Made by a program: the position numbers and the translations under genes. The notes under the pieces are model-generated. The model searched no databases. It was given only the letters and a program-made list of their open reading frames with translations, and had not been told where the DNA came from. DNA of 64,000 bases. Source: Bacteroidaceae bacterium. Lineage in GTDB: Bacteria; Bacteroidota; Bacteroidia; Bacteroidales; Bacteroidaceae. The first letter of the stretch is position 1; the number at the start of each line of letters is the position of its first letter. The stretch spans positions 54,291-118,290 of the forward strand of contig JAFUYT010000026.1 of assembly GCA_017470425.1 (NCBI GenBank). Reading direction: 5' to 3'. Positions 21,760 to 29,808 of this stretch are shown in pieces.

Positions 21760-22582
21760 GTTGGTATTCTCCTAAGATTTTAAGTCCGCTGGTCAGGGGA
21801 CGGATCGCGTCGATGCCCTGGCTGTAGCGGGTGTAGTCGCTGAATTGGATATCCACGTAGAACATATATTCCCACTCGCGGCCGATGATGGGCAGCGACT
21901 GGATCTTCGTCAGGTTCAGCTTGTAGAACGACAGGATGGAGAGCACCTGCGAGAGCGAGCCCTCTTCGTGGGGCAGTGAGAACACGATGCTCGCCTTGTC
22001 TGCCGCCAGGATGTTCCGGAGCAGGTTGGCGCGGGAGGGCGATGAGAACACGAGGAAGCGCGTGAAGTTGTGTTTGTTTGTCTCGATGCCCTGTTCCAGC
22101 ACCTTCAGGCCGTAGAGCTCTGCCACGTGGGCCGAGCCGATGGCGGCATGTCCGTGGAGCTGGCCGTCGGCGATGGTGCGCGCAGCACCGGCCGTGTCGC
22201 TGGCCTCCACCACCTTCAGCGTCTCGTGGCGCTCCAGGAACTCGCGGCACTGCATGAGTGCCACGGGGTGGGAGTGCACTTCCGTCAGATCCGCCCAGTC
22301 GTCGGAGGGCAGGCACATGAACGAATGTTTGATGCGTAGCTTATGCTCGCCCACGATGGCGGCGCCCGAGTCGCGCAGCAGCTCATAGTTGTGGAGCAGT
22401 GAGCCCGCAATTGTGTTCTCGATGGCCACCATGCCGATGACCGTCGGGTCCTGGCGCAGCGTCGCGAACACCTGCTCGAAAGTGCTGCAGCAGATCAGCT
22501 CGATCTCCTCGTCGCCGAAGAACTGGTGGGCTGCGATGTCGTGGAAGCTGCCCTCAATACCTTGTATGGCTATACGTTTCAT
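21740..22582 (-). CDS. pheA: Prephenate dehydratase
   Basis: PDT domain (IAIQGIEGSF, TRF motif in NFTRFLV) plus a C-terminal ACT-like region. The track start at 22591 is a TTG. The ATG (complement 22580-22582, MKRIAIQG) is preferred. Confidence 0.88.
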   Translation of the reverse strand: MKRIAIQGIEGSFHDIAAHQFFGDEEIELICCSTFEQVFATLRQDPTVIGMVAIENTIAGSLLHNYELLRDSGAAIVGEHKLRIKHSFMCLPSDDWADLTEVHSHPVALMQCREFLERHETLKVVEASDTAGAARTIADGQLHGHAAIGSAHVAELYGLKVLEQGIETNKHNFTRFLVFSSPSRANLLRNILAADKASIVFSLPHEEGSLSQVLSILSFYKLNLTKIQSLPIIGREWEYMFYVDIQFSDYTRYSQGIDAIRPLTSGLKILGEYQHGKESI

Positions 22583-22590
22583 ATTTGTCA

Positions 22591-22625
22591 ATTAAAAACA
22601 AATCCCGCCTCTTTGTGAAGCGGGA
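22591..22625 (-). terminator. Attenuator terminator immediately upstream of pheA
   Basis: Minus-strand RNA UCCCGCUU-CACAAAG-AGGCGGGA forms an 8-bp stem including one G-U pair. It is followed by UUUGUUUUU and sits 9 nt before the pheA ATG. Confidence 0.7.
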
Positions 22626-22680
22626 CCCTATCTTTCAATTACCAATTTTCAATGTCAGTTTTGAATTTGTGCGTGGCCGA

Positions 22681-22689
22681 CCGCTTCAC
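22681..22689 (-). promoter_or_regulatory. Antiterminator segment GUGAAGCGG, complementary to the terminator 5' arm
   Basis: Plus-strand CCGCTTCAC (22681-22689) is a perfect inverted repeat of GTGAAGCGG (22615-22623). It overlaps the leader-peptide stop codon. Confidence 0.6.
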
Positions 22690-22742
22690 CTTGTCTGGGT
22701 AAAGTAAAAATAAAACCAGTAATAGGAGTTGCGGTGTTGCAT
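22686..22742 (-). CDS. Aromatic-rich leader peptide MQHRNSYYWFYFYFTQTR (18 codons)
   Basis: Verified codon by codon on the minus strand. ATG is the complement of 22740-22742 and TGA the complement of 22686-22688. It forms the 3' end of the artefactual 122-aa ORF 22686..23054. Confidence 0.65.
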   Translation of the reverse strand: MQHRNSYYWFYFYFTQTR

Positions 22743-22770
22743 GTTTTCTGTTTTTGTTTGTTTTGCGCTG

Positions 22771-22778
22771 CAAAGTAA
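22771..22778 (-). promoter_or_regulatory. Imperfect -7-like box TTACTTTG (minus strand) upstream of the leader peptide
   Basis: Plus-strand CAAAGTAA, about 29 nt upstream of the leader ATG. One mismatch to TAnnTTTG. Confidence 0.35.
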
Positions 22779-22837
22779 CACATTTTTTACGAAACCGCCA
22801 ACTATTTCACGCTCTTTTTGCATTTCCCCTTGCATTT

Positions 22838-23047
22838 TTCTTCCGTTTCTTCCGTTCCCCCTCTCCCCTTTCCCTCCTTCCTTCCTCCCTCCCTTCTTCT
22901 CCCTTCTCCCTTCCCCTTTCCCTCCTTCCTTCCTTCCTCCCTTCTTCTCCTTCTCCTCCGTCCCCTTCTTTCTCCCGCCCCCTCCTGCCTTCCCCCTGCC
23001 CCCCGCCCCGTTTCCGGCGGTTCGTCCGTCGGCTCCTCCCTCCCTCG
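22838..23047 (+). repeat. Polypyrimidine (C/T) tract of about 200 bp on the + strand
   Basis: 22855-22959 is pure C/T (105 nt) and the flanks have only scattered G. It has an internal duplication of roughly 50 bp (CCCCTTTCCCTCCTTCCTTCC...CTTCTTCTCC). Confidence 0.9.
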
Positions 23048-23180
23048 CGTACATTATTTATATAAAGGCACCCCAGAATAAGTGTACAAAATGTCCTCCA
23101 AAGATTAACAAATGTTAAAATCGGGGGGGGGTAATGAAGCCGCCCTGTTAAAAAGTCTTGGCGGTTTGCCTGAAAGTCCG

Positions 23181-23188
23181 TACCTTTG
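23181..23188 (+). promoter_or_regulatory. -7 promoter box TACCTTTG upstream of the surface-structure locus
   Basis: Exact TAnnTTTG match inside the shared 26-nt block. It lies 172 nt upstream of the ATG at 23360. Confidence 0.55.
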
Positions 23189-23359
23189 CAGCGAACAACA
23201 AATAAGGACTAAGAAGACCCTTTCAACTTGACCGCGTGAGCCAGAGCAACGAGGAGGCCAAATGCCTTCCGGTAGTGAGCTACGGACTCCGCGGAAATCG
23301 CGAAACGGGCAACACGATACAAACTAACACCCGAGCCGCACGAAGGCAGAAAGTAGCAG

Positions 23360-24934
23360 ATGAAGAATAGTAGAGGCATACGACTTTTGTGGACGCTGAT
23401 TCTCATGGTGTGGGGATTGCCGGGCTGCTCCTTTGCTCTCGTCAAGGTGGCTCCGCCGCCGGTCGTTGGTGTGTTATTGAGCGGCGATTTGCCGCTGGAC
23501 ACGCTTGGCTTCTACGACCGTTATCCCTTCATCCGTTTTGTGGGCAGTCAGGAGGATGCCAGCCTCGTGCAGCTGAGCGACGACGAGATCCTCGACCAGG
23601 CCGGAAAGGTAGTGTTCCGCGTGAACCGCTACGATGTCTTTACCAACGATTCCCTTTTACATGAACTGGAGACACTCATCTTGCCCCGGATCAACCGGGA
23701 CAGCCTGAGGCTGTGCCGTATCGTGGTGCGTGGTGCCGCGTCGCCCGAGGGTCCTGTGCCCAACAACCGTATGCTCGGACGTCGTCGTGTGGCTACGCTC
23801 ACTAATTTTTTACGCGCGCGTATGAGCGTGCCCGTGGACGAGCGCAACTTTACTACCGAGGCCGTCACCGAGGATTACCGCCTGTTGCTGACCATGATGC
23901 GGCGCGCCGCAGATCCCGACCTCGATGCCGTGCAGCGGCTCTGCAACCGCCACCTGCCCCGCTATGAATACACCCTTCTGAAGCGAGAACTGCAGCGCCT
24001 GCAGGGTGGCCGCCTCTGGCGCCGCCTCCTCAAGGACTACTTCCCCGAGCTGCGTGCAGCGAGGGTGGTGCTGTTCTTCGAAGAAGCTAAGCCCCAGAAG
24101 GAAACACCAGAAGCTATAGAAACGCCAGAAGCTCCAATGATTATAGAAGCTGTGGAAGTTCCGGAAACGCCAGAGCTCCCCCTTGCCCCCCGCGTCCTCA
24201 GCATCCCGCGCCGCGAGCTGCTCTCGGTGAAGACCAACCTGCTGTTGGATTTCGCCTATGTGCCGGGCTACGACCGGTGGTGTCCCATCCCCAACGTGGC
24301 CATCGAGTACTACCCGCTGCGGGGGCACTTCACGTATGGCGCCTCGCTGGACTTCCCCTGGTGGCAGCACTACAGCGACCATAAGTTCTTCCAGATCCGC
24401 AACTACCAGCTGGAGGCCCGCTATTATCTGCGTTCCGGCAGCATCGAGCGTCGCACGCCCGGCGAGGGCGCCGCCTTCCGCGGACTCTACTTCTCTGCCT
24501 ACGCACATGCCGCCCTCTTCGGTATCTGCTTCGATGCAGACCGTGGCTGGGAGGGTGAGGCGCTGGGCGGCGGCCTCGGCGTAGGCTATGTGCTGCCCCT
24601 CGGCCGCAAGGGCCACTGGCGCATGGAGTTCTCCGCGCAGGTCGGCGTCTTCTTCAGCGGCTACGACCCCTATCAGTACGAGAACCCCGTGAACCCCTAC
24701 TACCGCGACGGCCTCTATTACTACAAGTGGACGGGCCGCAAGGCTGACTTCCGCGAGCGTCAGTACCGCTTCACGTGGTTCGGTCCCACCCGCGCGGGCA
24801 TCACCATCTCCTATGACATCCTCTACCGGCGCTGGCGCAAGAAAAGCGAACGGCAGCTCCCCGCCAGCTCCATCGGCACCGAGGGATGGCGCGGCGCCAG
24901 CTTCCGAGACCACGAGCTCGTGGTGGAGGAGTGA
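23360..24934 (+). CDS. Outer-membrane protein of fimbrial loci (OmpA-like ASPEG region plus a DUF3575-like C-terminal beta-barrel region)
   Basis: Signal/lipobox-like N-terminus (LMVWGLPGCS), motif RGAASPEGPVPNNRMLGRRR, a Pro/Glu-rich linker, and an aromatic-rich C-terminal half (LLLDFAYVPG.., YYLRSG, FSAQVGVFFSGY). Family recognition is from memory and is not a search result. Confidence 0.55.
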   Translation: MKNSRGIRLLWTLILMVWGLPGCSFALVKVAPPPVVGVLLSGDLPLDTLGFYDRYPFIRFVGSQEDASLVQLSDDEILDQAGKVVFRVNRYDVFTNDSLLHELETLILPRINRDSLRLCRIVVRGAASPEGPVPNNRMLGRRRVATLTNFLRARMSVPVDERNFTTEAVTEDYRLLLTMMRRAADPDLDAVQRLCNRHLPRYEYTLLKRELQRLQGGRLWRRLLKDYFPELRAARVVLFFEEAKPQKETPEAIETPEAPMIIEAVEVPETPELPLAPRVLSIPRRELLSVKTNLLLDFAYVPGYDRWCPIPNVAIEYYPLRGHFTYGASLDFPWWQHYSDHKFFQIRNYQLEARYYLRSGSIERRTPGEGAAFRGLYFSAYAHAALFGICFDADRGWEGEALGGGLGVGYVLPLGRKGHWRMEFSAQVGVFFSGYDPYQYENPVNPYYRDGLYYYKWTGRKADFRERQYRFTWFGPTRAGITISYDILYRRWRKKSERQLPASSIGTEGWRGASFRDHELVVEE

Positions 24935-25023
24935 GGAATGAAGAATCCTTCGAAATATCGAAATATCGAAATAACGAAATGCCGAAATAACGAAATATCG
25001 AGAATTAAGAATTGAAAACTGAA

Positions 25024-26247
25024 ATGAGATTGAATAGAATCATAGCAAACGTGACAGTACTACTTCAGAGCATCCGTTCTGAAGCACGCCGTTTACTATG
25101 CATTCTTTCCATCTTTCAATTTTTCAGTCTTTCAATTTTATCAACCTCCTGCGAACGCAAGCCGCTGCTCCACCTCTACGACGAGGGCGATGTGTCGCTC
25201 GATCTGCCCATCGTGGATCTCGACCTCCAGGTCTATTGGGACTACGAGATCGGCTACGACATCACCTACGACTGGCGCGCCGAGTGGTACTACGGCTGGG
25301 ACGAGACCGACCAGTCCATCTTCGGTCCCATCGGCTACACCGAGCCCAGCATCTTCGAGCTGCGCCGCTACTACACCGGCGACACACCCCTGGCACCCCA
25401 CAACAGCGTCCTCGCCACCACCATCGCCGGCCACAGCTTCCAAGGGCAGTACGAATGGGGCTTCTGGGACATCCTCGTATGGAACCAGGTCTATACCCTC
25501 GACGGCGTGCAGAGCCTCCACTTCGACGAGGAGAGCACCCTCGACCAGGTCACCGCCTACACCAACCCCTCCATGCACGCCTCCCGCTACCACGCACCCC
25601 GCTACACGCAGGCCTTCTACGAGCCCGAGCCCCTCTTTGCCGCCTACGACCGCGCCATCGAGATCAACCGCAACCTCGACGGCTTCATCTTCGACGAGGA
25701 GCGCAACGTGTGGGTCAAGACACTCGGCATGGAACTCCTCCCCATCACCTATATATACCTCCCGCAGATCATCCTGCACCACAACAACGGGCGCATCACC
25801 TCCGTGCAGGGCGACGGCAACATCTCCGGGATGGCACGCACCACCGTCGTCAACACCGGCCAGGCCGGCCCCGACGCCATCGCCGTCTATTTCCACACCC
25901 GCATGAAGCCGCACTGCGACAAGGCCGGTGAGGATGTCGATATCATCGGCGGGCGCCTCATGACCTTCGGCATCACCAACACCGCCGCCAACCGCATCTC
26001 GCGCGCCGACGACCTCGCGGATGCCAACCGTCACTACCTCGACGTGACGATGCAGTTCAACAACGGCATGGACTCCACCTTCGTCTTCGACGTCACCCGC
26101 CAGGTGCGTCAGCGCTACAAGGGCGGCGTCATCACCGTGGAGCTCGACATGGACACCGTCCCCATCCCCCGCCGCCGCGGCGGCTCCGGCTTCGACGCCG
26201 TCGTCAAGGACTTCGAGGATGGCGGCACACACGAATTTGAAATGTAA
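25024..26247 (+). CDS. Fimbrial-locus lipoprotein (DUF5119 / Mfa2-FimB anchor-like candidate)
   Basis: Lipobox LSILSTSC followed by ERKPLL, typical of these families. It follows a DUF3575-like gene. The track start at 25012 is a TTG, and the ATG at 25024 is preferred. Confidence 0.45.
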   Translation: MRLNRIIANVTVLLQSIRSEARRLLCILSIFQFFSLSILSTSCERKPLLHLYDEGDVSLDLPIVDLDLQVYWDYEIGYDITYDWRAEWYYGWDETDQSIFGPIGYTEPSIFELRRYYTGDTPLAPHNSVLATTIAGHSFQGQYEWGFWDILVWNQVYTLDGVQSLHFDEESTLDQVTAYTNPSMHASRYHAPRYTQAFYEPEPLFAAYDRAIEINRNLDGFIFDEERNVWVKTLGMELLPITYIYLPQIILHHNNGRITSVQGDGNISGMARTTVVNTGQAGPDAIAVYFHTRMKPHCDKAGEDVDIIGGRLMTFGITNTAANRISRADDLADANRHYLDVTMQFNNGMDSTFVFDVTRQVRQRYKGGVITVELDMDTVPIPRRRGGSGFDAVVKDFEDGGTHEFEM

Positions 26248-27583
26248 CTCTCACATAAATTACTCATAAATTAAGCCATAAATTATTCATAAATTAAAAG
26301 TTACATAAATTAGAAGATACACCAAGAGTAAATAATTCATGATCAATTCGTGATTAAATTCATGGATAATTCATGTAAAACATAAAACCTTCTCACACAA
26401 ATTACTCATAAATTAAGCCATAAATTATTCATAAATTAAAAGAAACACTTGAGATAATAATTCATGATCAATTCGTGATTAAATTCATGGATAATTCATG
26501 TAAAACATAAAACCTCTCTCTCACACAAATTACTCGTAAATTTAACCATAAATTACTCATAAATTAAAGATACAAATATATGAACCCTAAGGACTATTCA
26601 GATATTGTGTACAATGTAATTGGCGCAGCCATGAAAGTTCACAGCGAACTGAACTGGGGGCTATTGGAGCCGCTTTATACTGAAGCACTCCACATGGAAC
26701 TGGAAGAATGTGGCATCCCCAACGAAATGGAAGCCCATCTGCCATGCTATTACAAAGACAAGCAGATGAAGAAATCCTACCAACCAGACCTATCTGTCGA
26801 GGGGATCATTATTGAACTGAAATCCACGAGTGACCTGATTCCTGCACACCGGGCACAACTCTTCAACTATATGCGACTGACCAAGTCGCCCATCGGGCTT
26901 CTGATTAACTTCGGAAGAAAAAGCCTTCAAGGCGAACGATATGCCTATTTAGAAGAAACAAACGAATGTGTGCTTCTTGACCGAAACATGAATATGCTCT
27001 ATCCGGCCGACTCTGAACCGGACACCGATGACTATTGGAGATTCATGGAAGAGGAGCAGAGCTACATAAATAATCATTCATGATCCATTCAAGAAAAATA
27101 ATTCATGATCAATTCGTGATTAAATTCATGGATAATTCATGTAAAACATAAAAACTTCTCACACAAATTACTCATAAATTAAGCCATAAATTATTCATAA
27201 ATTAAAAGAAACACTTGAGAAAATAATTCATGATTAATTTGTGATTAAATTCATGGATAATTCATGTAAAACATAAAACCTCTCTCTCACATAAATTACT
27301 CATAAATTAAGCCATAAATTATTCATAAATTAAAAGAAATACTTGAGATAATAATTCATGATCAATTCGTGATAAAATTCATGGATAATTCATGTAAAAC
27401 ATAAAACCTTCTCACAAATTACTCATAAATTAAACCATAAATTATTCATAAATTAAAAGATACACTTGAGAAAATAATTCATGATCAATTCGTGATTAAA
27501 TTCATGGATAATTCATGTAAAACATAAACCTCTCTCTCACATAAATTACTCATAAATTAAGCCATAAATTATTCATAAATTTA
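26248..27583. repeat. AT-rich (about 24% GC) tandem array of 125-128 bp units (one 142 bp), interrupted by the GxxExxY gene
   Basis: Unit starts (TCACA[C/T]AAATTACTC) at 26251, 26393 and 26521, then the gene, then 27159, 27287, 27412 and 27537. Each unit holds 3x CATAAATT-type sub-repeats followed by 4x AATTCATG-type sub-repeats. Confidence 0.9.
26580..27083 (+). CDS. GxxExxY family protein (PD-(D/E)XK-like fold family)
   Basis: Signature GLLEPLYTEAL and a family-typical core (PDLSVEGIIIELKS, AHRAQLFNYMRLT, GLLINFG). 167 aa. Confidence 0.8.
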   Translation: MNPKDYSDIVYNVIGAAMKVHSELNWGLLEPLYTEALHMELEECGIPNEMEAHLPCYYKDKQMKKSYQPDLSVEGIIIELKSTSDLIPAHRAQLFNYMRLTKSPIGLLINFGRKSLQGERYAYLEETNECVLLDRNMNMLYPADSEPDTDDYWRFMEEEQSYINNHS

Positions 27584-27746
27584 ATTTTCCGCGGCCACCG
27601 CGACGACGAACCAGACAGACAACAACGCCCAGCGATTTCCGTGCCTTTGCGCACCCTGACCGCGACATTCCGCGGTCCCGATCAAACCAGATCAAAGTAC
27701 AAAACAATTTTTAATTCATTTATTTATTCACCAAATTCAAATCATT

Positions 27747-29645
27747 ATGAAAACAAAGTATTTTTTCCTCGCAGCCCTCGGCGCCCTCGCGCTGACCAGC
27801 TGCGTCAATGACGAGTTCGTCGGAGCTGACAGCTCGCCGGCCGCTGAGGCTGCTGACGGTGCCATCAACTTCGGATTCAATTTCCAAAATGTCACTCGTG
27901 CTGACCAAGTGGGTGTTGATGCTGCCACCACTCTGCAGAACCAGTTTATCGTCTATGGAACCAAGCATGCTTCCGCTGAAGCAGCTGATGCAAGTAACGA
28001 TGAAGTCGTATTCCAGAACTATGTAGTAGAATATGAGGAAAATTCAGCTGGTCACACGGCATCCAATACTCACAACTGGGAGTATGTTGGAAAGACTCAT
28101 TATGATGCAGCGAAAGTATCCCCAGCTATCACAGGTTCTCAGGCTATTAAGTATTGGGACTACAGTGCAGTTCAGGGTTACACTTTCTACGGAATTGCAT
28201 CAAAGGCTGACATCGCAACTAACAACAAGGTTACTGTTACTAAGACAACCACAGGTACTACCGTTTATGACAAGGGTTATAGTGTTGTGCTGTCTTCTGG
28301 TGCTAATTTGGATCAGTTGTTCGTCGCTGACCGTAAGCCTGTTGCAAAGACAGACTTCAACAAGCCTGTAACGCTGACCTTCCGCAACTTTGGTGCACGT
28401 GTCCGTGTTGGTTTCTATGAGACTATTCCCGGATACACGGTTACTATTAACAAGTTTTATGCAGATGATGATGCAGCTACAGCTATCACATCATTTGCAC
28501 CGATGGCTGACGCTAAGACGACTTTTACGGCTGCCCTGCAAAACATCAGTACAACTCCTACTTCTCCGGCAACAAACACAATGACCGTTTCATATTATGA
28601 TAATACTGATGCTTCTATTGAGAATCATGTTAAATTAACGGCCTCAACTGTTGATTACGATTACAATTTTGCACTTGGAAATGGTGTTGTAGGTTCAGTG
28701 CTGGGAACTTCAGCAGCTTCACCGACATGGGACAACAGCGGCAATTACACCACTGTTTATCCATTTGAGGCAAATACCAACCCCATGCTGATAAAGGTCG
28801 ATTATACTCTAACAGCAGAGGATGGTGCTAGCGAGACTATTGTGGTTCAAGGTGCTAATGTGGTGGTACCCACTCAGTACGTTAAATGGAAGAGCAACTT
28901 TGCCTATACCTATCTTTTCAAGATTAGCGACAACACGAATGGCACGACAGATGGTACGACACAGGGACTCTATCCCATTACCTTTGATGCCGTTACTGTT
29001 GCTGTTGCTGATGATAATACTCAGGAGACAGTTACTACCTTTGAGGATTATTCAGTCACGACCTATGCTAATGGTTCCAAGGTTACAACCAATGATGAAT
29101 ATAAGGCTGGAGAAGATATTTATGTTGTAAAGACCAACAATTCTACGGGTGCTGTTATAGCTCCAACTGCTATTGGAGCGTCAGCTAACAATGCACAAGT
29201 ATATGTTGCTACGACTACTGGTGATGTTATCTCGGAAGCTACAGTTAAGGCTCGTCTCACAGGTTCTCCCAATGGCATTACTTTAACAGCTACGACATCG
29301 GACGAAATCGCTACACTTGTGCAGAATGTTCCTGCTGCAGATGGTACTAATTATGACTTCGGCACTAATGGTGCTGTTAAGTTTACACCTTCACCTGCTG
29401 CAGCCGCTACCTATGTATATGTGTTTACTCGCACGGCTAATGTAGCCCCAGGTTATAATCCTGTTGGTTCTGGTACATATAGTGGTGGCACGACTTACTA
29501 TTTCAAGACTACAGGCGATGTTTATTATCCTGCTGAGGGTATCAATGCAGGAAACTTCGATACCTACAAGGCAAGTCTATATACTCAGACTTCTGCCGGT
29601 ACAGCTGGAGAATATGATATCAAGGTCATAAAGGTTAATCCCTAA
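27747..29645 (+). CDS. Large fimbrillin-like (type V pilin, Mfa1/FimA superfamily) lipoprotein, paralog A
   Basis: Lipobox LALTSC (Cys19), a conserved TRAD site at Arg51, the core motif WKSNFAYTYLFKISDNTNG..GLYPITFDAVTV, and a C-terminal strand EYDIKVIKVNP. It is a paralog of 30308-32242. Confidence 0.65.
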   Translation: MKTKYFFLAALGALALTSCVNDEFVGADSSPAAEAADGAINFGFNFQNVTRADQVGVDAATTLQNQFIVYGTKHASAEAADASNDEVVFQNYVVEYEENSAGHTASNTHNWEYVGKTHYDAAKVSPAITGSQAIKYWDYSAVQGYTFYGIASKADIATNNKVTVTKTTTGTTVYDKGYSVVLSSGANLDQLFVADRKPVAKTDFNKPVTLTFRNFGARVRVGFYETIPGYTVTINKFYADDDAATAITSFAPMADAKTTFTAALQNISTTPTSPATNTMTVSYYDNTDASIENHVKLTASTVDYDYNFALGNGVVGSVLGTSAASPTWDNSGNYTTVYPFEANTNPMLIKVDYTLTAEDGASETIVVQGANVVVPTQYVKWKSNFAYTYLFKISDNTNGTTDGTTQGLYPITFDAVTVAVADDNTQETVTTFEDYSVTTYANGSKVTTNDEYKAGEDIYVVKTNNSTGAVIAPTAIGASANNAQVYVATTTGDVISEATVKARLTGSPNGITLTATTSDEIATLVQNVPAADGTNYDFGTNGAVKFTPSPAAAATYVYVFTRTANVAPGYNPVGSGTYSGGTTYYFKTTGDVYYPAEGINAGNFDTYKASLYTQTSAGTAGEYDIKVIKVNP

Positions 29646-29719
29646 TCACTCCACATCCCCGAATCTATGTCAAAACAGAGCGTATCACTCATGATTTGAC
29701 ACTACGATGAGCAACAGAA

Positions 29720-29749
29720 GCCTACCGAGGTTCGACTCCTCGGTAGGCA
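29720..29749 (+). other. tRNA-like acceptor/T-arm minihelix
   Basis: GCCTACCGAGG-TTCGACT-CCTCGGTAGGC-A: an 11-bp stem capped by a canonical T-loop sequence (TTCGAnT) plus an unpaired A. Confidence 0.5.
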
Positions 29750-29808
29750 ACAAAGAAAAAGACAGCATGAGGCCGGTGCCTCGGAAGAAAGGAATAAAAA
29801 TACACTCG

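Noticed and set aside
22686-23118. 122-aa minus ORF and 129/103/87-aa plus ORFs over the polypyrimidine tract.
   Set aside because: They are translations of a C/T (or G/A) low-complexity tract (GGRKEGGKGEG.. / PFPLSPFPPSFLPP..). Only the last 18 codons of the minus ORF are retained, as the leader peptide.
23194-23359. Possible ncRNA or riboswitch (an SRP-RNA-like CCGGAAGG on the minus strand) in the 170-nt leader of the pilus locus.
   Set aside because: The SRP domain IV signature (AGGAAGCAGC context) is absent and I could not recognise any known riboswitch core. It is left as an unexplained long 5' leader.
26248-27583. Possible CRISPR array, given regularly spaced repeats.
   Set aside because: The whole 125-128 bp unit repeats with no unique spacers. 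The units are far longer than CRISPR repeats, extremely AT-rich and internally sub-repetitive. No cas genes are nearby.
27586-27676. Possible invertible promoter: TTCCGCGG motifs at about 27587 and about 27668 flank a TGCCTTTG promoter-like box (27642-27649) upstream of pilin A.
   Set aside because: The repeats are short and mostly direct, and the palindromic CCGCGG core makes inverted similarity trivial. The segment is only about 73 bp. No TAnnTTTG appears in the opposite orientation and no recombinase gene is in the window.
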